DNA of 64,000 nt from Parcubacteria group bacterium (GTDB lineage: Bacteria > Patescibacteriota > Minisyncoccia > UBA6257). Shown here one piece after another: positions 57,191-64,000 of this stretch. The translations under genes and the position numbers were made by a program. The DNA lies in NCBI GenBank assembly GCA_012798235.1, contig JAAZNP010000004.1:2171-66170 (forward strand), in the 5' to 3' direction. Every line of letters begins with the position of its first letter. The stretch's first letter is position 1. The notes beneath the pieces were generated by a model. It saw nothing but the letters and a program-made list of their open reading frames with translations, searched no databases and was not told the DNA's origin.

Positions 57191-57910
57191 ATGACTCATT
57201 ATTCTACCAAAGCTTTTATTTTACACAAACAAATTTCTGAAGAAAAAGATAACATTTATCATTTTTTCACTCAGGATTTTGGTAAAGTAAAATTGTTTGC
57301 TAAAAGTACGCGTGATATTTTAGCGAAATTAGCCGGCCATTTAGAACCACCAACTTTAGTAGACATTACTTTTTCTTCAGGCGAAAGACCGCGTCTTCTT
57401 TCTGCCTTAGAAGATAATTCTTATTTTAATATCAAAAATAATGGTTTAGCTTTAAATACTGCCTTAAAAATTAGTGAATTAGTGGATGATTTAACAATAA
57501 TTTATCAGCCTGATGACAATCTTTTTCAACTAATTTTTCAAGTTTTTTATTTTCTTGATAATAATCTTGGCAAATCGTCTAAAATAATTGATTTTAGTTG
57601 GTTGTATTTTGAAGCTCATCTTTTAAGGATATTAGGCTACGAGCCATTTTTAGAGGGCTGCGTTGTGTGTGGTATTAAAGATACTCATTATTTTAGTTTT
57701 AGGGAAAGAGGATTGGTTTGTTTAAAACATAAGCATGCTGACGATATGCCCCTAACAAATAATCAAAAAAAATATCTGCGAGCTTTGTTTCGACTTCCTT
57801 TACATAAATTTACCTCTCTTCCTTTAATCAGTCAGATTCTAGAAGAAAAAAAGTTTTTAGAAGAGGTTTTAGGCAAATTTACTTTAAAAGTTAAATCTGA
57901 TATAATGTAA
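57191..57910 (+). CDS. recO: DNA repair protein RecO
   Basis: FTQDFGKVKLFAKS, KLAGHLEP and LLRILGYEP..CVVCG zinc motif. Confidence 0.9.
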   Translation: MTHYSTKAFILHKQISEEKDNIYHFFTQDFGKVKLFAKSTRDILAKLAGHLEPPTLVDITFSSGERPRLLSALEDNSYFNIKNNGLALNTALKISELVDDLTIIYQPDDNLFQLIFQVFYFLDNNLGKSSKIIDFSWLYFEAHLLRILGYEPFLEGCVVCGIKDTHYFSFRERGLVCLKHKHADDMPLTNNQKKYLRALFRLPLHKFTSLPLISQILEEKKFLEEVLGKFTLKVKSDIM

Positions 57911-57931
57911 TCAATTAATTAATTTTTATTT

Positions 57932-59671
57932 ATGCGGATAAAACACATTTTTCATAGTTTTTGGGGGGGATTAATTATCGGCATTATTATTTTAGTAATT
58001 GGTTTTTTTGTTTGGAGCTTAATTAATAGGGGTGGAGTGAATTTTTCTATTTTAGGGCCAGATAATATTGCTTCTGGCAATATAAGTAATTTTACATTTA
58101 AATACGTAAATAATTCACGGGTGGCTCTTGAGGATTGTTCATTAGATATTACTTTGCCCGAAGGAGTTGTGTTTACCGAGAATCCTCTAAAAAAGACAAT
58201 GAGCATTTATTTGGGTGAAGTTTTAGCACAAACATCAGGAGAAAAAACTCTGAGTTTAATGATTACTGGCGAACCTCAAACTGCTAAAATTATCGAGGCT
58301 ACTTTTAATTATCGGCCCAAAGGCATTAGCTCTTCTTTTGCTAAAAAAGATAGTAAAACTGTTTTATTGACTGGTTCCATTTTTAATTTAAATATTAATC
58401 TTCCTCAAAAAGTATTTATTGGTCAAGATTTTCCTCTTGAAATAAATTGGTCTAATTTGACTAATCAATCATTTGCTAATGCGGAATTAAGAGCTGAGTG
58501 GCCAAGTGGCTTTTCTTTAATTAGTGCTAATCCCGATGTTACTAAAGAGCAGGGTACTAATAATACTTGGCTCATTGGTAATATTGTTCCTACTGGTCAA
58601 GGAGCTATCAAAGTGCAAAGTTCTTTAAGCGGACAAGATGGCGAAACCAAGAGAATAGCTCTTACTTTAGGCATTAATCAAAACGGTTCTTTTTTGCCTT
58701 TAGTGTCTGCCCAAGGTTTTGTAACTTTATTATCTAATCCTTTGAAATTATCAGTTTTTGTTAATGGTGATACAGATTTTAACGCTGATTTAGGTGATAA
58801 ATTGGATTTTACAGTGAATTATGAAAATAATTATTCTGCCAGTCTTAGGGATTTAGTGCTAACAGTTCAATTCAAAGGTGATGCTTTTGATTTTTCAACT
58901 TTAAAAGCGCCAAATGCTGTTTTCTCTTCACGTTTACAAACTCTAACTTGGACGGGTAGTAGAGTGAGCAGTCTTTATGTTTTAAATCCCGGTGCTAAAG
59001 GAACATTGAATTTTTCTGTAAAATTAAAATCTGATTGGCCGATGCAAAGTTTAGCTCAAAAAAATATTGTTTTGGAAATTGATAGCAACATCAAAAGTTC
59101 TAGTGTCCCCGAAGAATTAGGATATCAGGCCTTACCTCAAGCCTCTACTATTAATACTGTTAAATTAAATTCTTTCTGCCTTTTGGATATTGGTAGTTAT
59201 TTTAGAGATCCACCGGCTTTAATTGTGAATACAGGCAAATTACCATTAAAAGTGGATCAACCAATTGATTTCACTATTCATTGGAAAATAGTTAATACCT
59301 ATAATGCTATTAATAATGTAACTGTTGAGACAACCTTGCCTTTATGGGCAGAATGGACCAATCAAGTAGCTGGTAATTATGGGTCCAGCGCTCCTTTATA
59401 CGATGCTCATACGAGAAAAATTAGCTGGACAATTCCTGTGGTACCAGCAGGTTCGGGTACTTTAATTACGCCCTACGAAGCAGTTTTTCAAATAAAAGTT
59501 ACTCCTTTATCTTCGCAAATTAATCAAAGCATTGAATTAACTAATGAAACCACTTTTACTGCTACTGATTCCTTTACTTTAAAAAATATTAATCTTGTTT
59601 ATCCTAAAGTATTATCTGATAAATTAACAGATACGACTGTTATACCTAATGAGGGCATTGTTAGGCCGTAA
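57932..59671 (+). CDS. Membrane-anchored protein with repeated beta-sandwich (DUF11-like) domains
   Basis: N-terminal TM helix; repeated Y.N...L....L...LP.G.F patterns. Confidence 0.65.
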   Translation: MRIKHIFHSFWGGLIIGIIILVIGFFVWSLINRGGVNFSILGPDNIASGNISNFTFKYVNNSRVALEDCSLDITLPEGVVFTENPLKKTMSIYLGEVLAQTSGEKTLSLMITGEPQTAKIIEATFNYRPKGISSSFAKKDSKTVLLTGSIFNLNINLPQKVFIGQDFPLEINWSNLTNQSFANAELRAEWPSGFSLISANPDVTKEQGTNNTWLIGNIVPTGQGAIKVQSSLSGQDGETKRIALTLGINQNGSFLPLVSAQGFVTLLSNPLKLSVFVNGDTDFNADLGDKLDFTVNYENNYSASLRDLVLTVQFKGDAFDFSTLKAPNAVFSSRLQTLTWTGSRVSSLYVLNPGAKGTLNFSVKLKSDWPMQSLAQKNIVLEIDSNIKSSSVPEELGYQALPQASTINTVKLNSFCLLDIGSYFRDPPALIVNTGKLPLKVDQPIDFTIHWKIVNTYNAINNVTVETTLPLWAEWTNQVAGNYGSSAPLYDAHTRKISWTIPVVPAGSGTLITPYEAVFQIKVTPLSSQINQSIELTNETTFTATDSFTLKNINLVYPKVLSDKLTDTTVIPNEGIVRP

Positions 59672-59702
59672 TAAATAAATTTTTAATTTTTAATTTATTA
59701 TC

Positions 59703-61064
59703 GTGGAAAATATAATTGATAAAATAGTTTCTTTATGCAAACGTCGCGGTTTTATTTTTCCTGACTCCGAAATTTATGGCGGTTTAGCTAATACTTGGGA
59801 TTTCGGTCCTCTCGGAGTGGAATTGAAGAACAATATTAAGAAATTATGGTGGCAAAATATAGTAATTCAGCGCGACGATATAGCAGGATTAGATTCTAGC
59901 ATTATTATTAATCCTAAAGTTTGGGAAGCTTCTGGTCATGTCAGCGGTTTTGCTGACCCCTTGGTAGAATGCAAGTCTTGCCATACTCGTTTTAAGTTTG
60001 ATGATTTAATGAAAGGAAAATATGGCGAAGTTTCGATGAAAGATGGCTATCCCCATTGCCCTTTATGTGGTGGTGAACTTACTGAGGAGAAAAAATTTAA
60101 TTTAATGTTTAAGACTTTTTTGGGCCCAGTAGAAGATAAAGGACATTTAGCTTATTTAAGGCCAGAAACTGCTCAAGGAATATTTATTAATTTTAAGCAA
60201 ATTCTAAATGCTAGCCGTCAAAAGATTCCTTTTGGTATTGCCCAAATAGGGAAATCTTTTCGTAATGAAATTACTCCCGGGAATTTTATTTTTCGTACTC
60301 GGGAATTCGAACAGATGGAATTAGAGTATTTTGTAAAGCCTTCTGAAAGTAAAAAATGGTATCGTTATTGGCAAGAAGAGCGCTTAAATTGGTATTTCAA
60401 TTTAGGAATTAAAAAAGAACACTTGCGTTTAAGGGAGCATAGTAAAGAAGAATTGGCTCACTATGCTCTTAGTTGCGCTGATATTGAATACCAATTTCCG
60501 TTTTTAAATGATGAGGGTTGGGGAGAATTAGAAGGGATTGCCAATCGTGGCGATTATGATTTAAAGAATCATCAGGAGCATTCGGGAAAGGATTTGAGTT
60601 ATTTTGATGAAGAAACTAAAGAAAGCTATTTACCTTATGTTATTGAACCTTCAGCTGGCGTTGAAAGATCTTTATTAGCTTTTCTTTTAGATGCTTATCA
60701 CGAGGAGAAAGATAAAAATAATGAGACGCGAGTTGTTTTGAAATTACATCCGCAATTAGCTCCTATTAAAGTAGCTGTTTTCCCATTATTAAAAAATAAT
60801 CCAGAATTGGTTAATTTAGCCCAAAAGATTTATCAAGATTTAAAATTATCGCTTAATGTTTTAGTTGATTATGACGAAGTGGGTTCTATTGGTCGTCGTT
60901 ATCGTCGCCAAGATGAAGTGGGCACGCCATGGTGTTTAACTATCGACCACCAGAGTTTAGAAGATAAAACGGTAACGATTAGAGACCGCGACACTATGCA
61001 ACAAGAGAGAATAAAAATCGAAGAAATAGAAAATTTTCTCAGAAAAAAATTAACTAATGTTTAA
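59703..61064 (+). CDS. glyQS: Glycine--tRNA ligase, homodimeric type
   Basis: KRRGFIFPDSEIYGG, YLRPETAQGIF, FRTREFEQME and GRRYRRQDEVG motifs. Confidence 0.95.
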   Translation: MENIIDKIVSLCKRRGFIFPDSEIYGGLANTWDFGPLGVELKNNIKKLWWQNIVIQRDDIAGLDSSIIINPKVWEASGHVSGFADPLVECKSCHTRFKFDDLMKGKYGEVSMKDGYPHCPLCGGELTEEKKFNLMFKTFLGPVEDKGHLAYLRPETAQGIFINFKQILNASRQKIPFGIAQIGKSFRNEITPGNFIFRTREFEQMELEYFVKPSESKKWYRYWQEERLNWYFNLGIKKEHLRLREHSKEELAHYALSCADIEYQFPFLNDEGWGELEGIANRGDYDLKNHQEHSGKDLSYFDEETKESYLPYVIEPSAGVERSLLAFLLDAYHEEKDKNNETRVVLKLHPQLAPIKVAVFPLLKNNPELVNLAQKIYQDLKLSLNVLVDYDEVGSIGRRYRRQDEVGTPWCLTIDHQSLEDKTVTIRDRDTMQQERIKIEEIENFLRKKLTNV

Positions 61065-61075
61065 TTATTGAAACG

Positions 61076-62347
61076 GTGTATAAATTCCAAGTTAAAAATT
61101 TTCCTAATGGCTTGCGTCTTTTAATGGTTCCTTCAAAAGAATCATTATCTTTTCAAATTACTACTTTAGTTAATACAGGAGCTGATTTTGAAACAAAAAA
61201 TCTTAATGGGATTTCTCATTTTTTGGAACACATGTGTTTTAAAGGGACCAAGAAGCGACCAACTAATTTAGATATTGCTAAAGAATTAGATAGAGTGGGT
61301 GGTATTTATAATGCTTTTACTGGCCGCGAATATACAGGATATTTTGTGCGCGTAGCCAAGGAGTATCAGCAATTAGCTATTGATATCGTTTCTGATATTT
61401 ATTTGAATTCTCAATTTCCTGAAGCAGAAATTGAAAAAGAGCGAGGAGTAATTATTGAAGAGATTAATATGTATCACGATGACCCTAAAAGTTATATTGA
61501 TGAGCTTTGGATAAAATTACTTTATGGAAATCAGCCAGCTGGTTGGTCTATTGCTGGGACGAAGACCAATATTCATCAAATTTCCAGAAGAGATTTTTTG
61601 ACTTATCACCAACAACAATATCGTAGTCAATCAACATTAATAATTGTTAGTGGTAATTTTAAAACTAGAGAAGTGACAAATTTAATTCAACAAGCATTTG
61701 TTTCCATCCCCCGAGGCAAAGCAAAAAATAAAATTAAAGCTAAAGAAAAACAAAAACAACCGCAATTAATTTTTGAAAAAAGAAATATTGACCAAACGCA
61801 TATTATTTTAGGGGTGAGGGGGATAAATATTTTTGATCAGAGACGTTATGCTTTAAATGTTTTTGATTCTATTTTGAGTGGCGGGATGTCATCGCGATTA
61901 TTTCAATTGGTGCGAGGAAAATTAGGAGCTGCTTATTATATTGATAGCGGCATTGAAGCCAAAACTGACACTGGCTATTGGGCTGTTATTAGTGGTTTAG
62001 ACAGCAAACGAGTAGAACTAATTTTGAAGGAAATTCTGGCAGAGTGGCAAAGTTTTAAAAAAATACCCGTTTCTTCTCAAGAAATGACAAAAGCTAAGGA
62101 ATTTATGATGGGCCAAATGGCTTTAGCTTTTGAAGATGTCCATAAAATTGCTTCTTTTTATGGAACCCAATTATTACTGAAAAAGAAAATAGAAAATTAC
62201 CAAGAATATTTAAGGAAAATCAAACAAGTAACTTCTCGCGATGTTCAAAAATTAGCCAATGATTTATTAAAACCTGAATGTCTTAATTTAGCTATGGTCG
62301 GGCCTCACTCTACAGCAAAACAATTTAAAAAAATATTACATATTTAA
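61076..62347 (+). CDS. M16 family (pitrilysin) zinc peptidase
   Basis: HFLEHMCFKGT, NAFT and GGMSSRLF motifs. Confidence 0.92.
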   Translation: MYKFQVKNFPNGLRLLMVPSKESLSFQITTLVNTGADFETKNLNGISHFLEHMCFKGTKKRPTNLDIAKELDRVGGIYNAFTGREYTGYFVRVAKEYQQLAIDIVSDIYLNSQFPEAEIEKERGVIIEEINMYHDDPKSYIDELWIKLLYGNQPAGWSIAGTKTNIHQISRRDFLTYHQQQYRSQSTLIIVSGNFKTREVTNLIQQAFVSIPRGKAKNKIKAKEKQKQPQLIFEKRNIDQTHIILGVRGINIFDQRRYALNVFDSILSGGMSSRLFQLVRGKLGAAYYIDSGIEAKTDTGYWAVISGLDSKRVELILKEILAEWQSFKKIPVSSQEMTKAKEFMMGQMALAFEDVHKIASFYGTQLLLKKKIENYQEYLRKIKQVTSRDVQKLANDLLKPECLNLAMVGPHSTAKQFKKILHI

Positions 62348-62348
62348 T

Positions 62349-63350
62349 ATGATGGATATTTCTTGGCAAAGTATTTGGCGTTTTTTTCTGGTGTTAATTT
62401 TAATTTTGACTATTTGGTTTTTCCGCCAGATTATTTTGTTTGTGTTAGTAGCTTTTATTATTGCTTCTTTATTAGAGATACCCATTAATGCTCTCGACAA
62501 GAAAATTAAACATCGCTGGCTTTCCAGTTTTATTATTTATTTGATTACTTTATTATTGATTGGTTTTTTAATATATGCGAGCATTCCTTCGCTTTTGGAA
62601 ATAATACAATCATTTCGACAGAATTTTAATGTAGATATTAACTCGAGCGCTTTTTTGGATTTATTAGAAAAATGGAATTTATTAGATTTGGGCTTAAATA
62701 ATCAACTACTTAATGTTTTCCTGAAATCATATAGCTTTCTGATAAAAATTACTGGAGGCGCTTTTTCTATTCTTTTTGTTTTCCTTTTATCATTTTTCTT
62801 GAATACGGAAACTCAGGGTATTGAAAAGGGGCTTCGGTTGATTGTGCCTAAAGGTTACGAAGATTATGTGGTGAGCCTTTGGGAAAAAGGCCGCCAAAAA
62901 GTTAGTAGTTGGTTTTATAGCCAATTAATTTTAAGTTTTTTTGTCGTGCTTTGTTTATTTATTGTTTTAAATATTTTGGGAATTCCTCATGTTTGGTTTT
63001 TAATAATTCTTGCTGGATTATTAGATTTCATCCCTTATATTGGGCCAGTAATTGCGGGTATGGTGATTACTTTTTTTGGTTTAAGTCAGGGTTTAATGCC
63101 AGGACTATTAGTATTGTTATTCTTTGTTATTATCCAATTTTTAGAAAATATTATCGCGCCGCCTATCAGGGCGCGAACGATGCAAATGAATCCCTTAATG
63201 ATTATCTTGGCTATTTTATTAGGGGGAAAATTAATGGGCGCTGTTGGTGCGATTATTGCCTTGCCTATTACCGCAATTTTAATCGAGCTGTTCCGCGATA
63301 TTAAAAGCGGCAAAATTCATAATTACTTACCCCAGAAAAAACTTCTGTAA
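62349..63350 (+). CDS. AI-2E family transporter
   Basis: Multiple TM helices; IPYIGP, QFLENIIAP and GAIIALP motifs. Confidence 0.9.
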   Translation: MMDISWQSIWRFFLVLILILTIWFFRQIILFVLVAFIIASLLEIPINALDKKIKHRWLSSFIIYLITLLLIGFLIYASIPSLLEIIQSFRQNFNVDINSSAFLDLLEKWNLLDLGLNNQLLNVFLKSYSFLIKITGGAFSILFVFLLSFFLNTETQGIEKGLRLIVPKGYEDYVVSLWEKGRQKVSSWFYSQLILSFFVVLCLFIVLNILGIPHVWFLIILAGLLDFIPYIGPVIAGMVITFFGLSQGLMPGLLVLLFFVIIQFLENIIAPPIRARTMQMNPLMIILAILLGGKLMGAVGAIIALPITAILIELFRDIKSGKIHNYLPQKKLL

Positions 63351-63356
63351 TAAATC

Positions 63357-64000
63357 ATGACAAAATATTACCTTACTACTGCTATTGATTATGTGAATGC
63401 CTCTCCGCATGCTGGTCATGCCTTAGAAAAAATTTTGGCTGATGTTTTGGCGCGTTACAAACGGTTTTCTGGAGAAGAAGTATATTTTTTAACTGGTACT
63501 GATGAGAATAGTTTAAAAAACGTGCAATCAGCAGAGAAAGAGGGAATTCCAGTAGCCACGCTGGTAGAACGTAATGCTCAGAAATTTATTTCCTTAGCAA
63601 AAGCCTTGAATTTGAGTAATGATGATTTTATTAGAACAACAGAAAAACGCCATCTTTTAGGAGTGTCAAAGTTATGGCAGGCTTGTGAAAAAGATATTTA
63701 TAAAAAAACCTACGAAGGTTTGTATTGTGTTGGCTGTGAAGAGTTTTACAAAGAAAGTGAATTAATTAATGGTTTATGTCCCGAACATAAAACTAAGCCA
63801 GAATTAGTTAAAGAAGAAAATTATTTCTTTCGACTTTCCCAATATCAAAAACAATTAAAAGATTTAATTAGTTCCGATAAAATAAAAATCATACCTGAAA
63901 GCCGGAAAAATGAAGTCCTGAGTTTTATTAATAGCGGCTTAGAAGATATTTGTATTTCTCGCTCTAGCGAACGCGCTCATTATTGGGGTATTGATGCACC
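63357..64000 (+). CDS. metG: Methionine--tRNA ligase (5' part; runs off window end)
   Basis: Manual translation: MTKYYLTTAIDYVNASPHAGHALE...FLTGTDEN...FIRTTE...YEGLYCVGCE...EENYFFRLS. Confidence 0.93.
   Translation, partial: MTKYYLTTAIDYVNASPHAGHALEKILADVLARYKRFSGEEVYFLTGTDENSLKNVQSAEKEGIPVATLVERNAQKFISLAKALNLSNDDFIRTTEKRHLLGVSKLWQACEKDIYKKTYEGLYCVGCEEFYKESELINGLCPEHKTKPELVKEENYFFRLSQYQKQLKDLISSDKIKIIPESRKNEVLSFINSGLEDICISRSSERAHYWGIDA

Noticed and set aside
1-64000. Alternative genetic code (UGA=Gly as in Gracilibacteria/Absconditabacteria) or general stop read-through
   Set aside because: Conserved genes translate full length in code 11, and several end in TGA at the expected positions. 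The DUF134 TAA is an isolated case.

Overview
AT-rich, gene-dense bacterial chromosome segment using the standard genetic code (TGA serves as a stop). It very probably comes from a Patescibacteria/CPR (Parcubacteria-like) organism. The evidence is an array of VirB2/TrbC-like pilins, a trigger factor lacking its PPIase domain, short IF-2 and ValRS, and almost no Shine-Dalgarno motifs. Most of the window is housekeeping: clpP, tig, nusA, alr, gdhA, murA, tsaD, valS, gyrA, trpS, argS, cca, infB, rpsO, pnp, ftsH, rplS, recG, recO, glyQS and metG, plus 18 scattered tRNA genes that include unusual Ile(TAT), Arg(GCG) and a non-canonical Glu(TTC). Accessory modules are a GT2/GT-C glycosylation pair, an ArsR-regulated thiol-redox/permease operon, a sortase/CAP/surface-protein locus, a four-pilin array coupled to an orphan solute-binding protein, and Cys-rich surface proteins. 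The most notable unannotated signal is a family of small non-coding palindromic elements with CCCC..CAC / GTG..GGGG ends. It has at least six related copies showing compensatory base changes, and they sit exactly at tRNA 3' ends or at -35 promoter boxes. Also present are a parS cluster, heptamer minisatellites inserted in-frame in tRNA-processing enzymes, and a DUF134 gene with a premature stop. No CRISPR array, rRNA, transposase or integrase was seen. All calls are by eye; no database searches were run.
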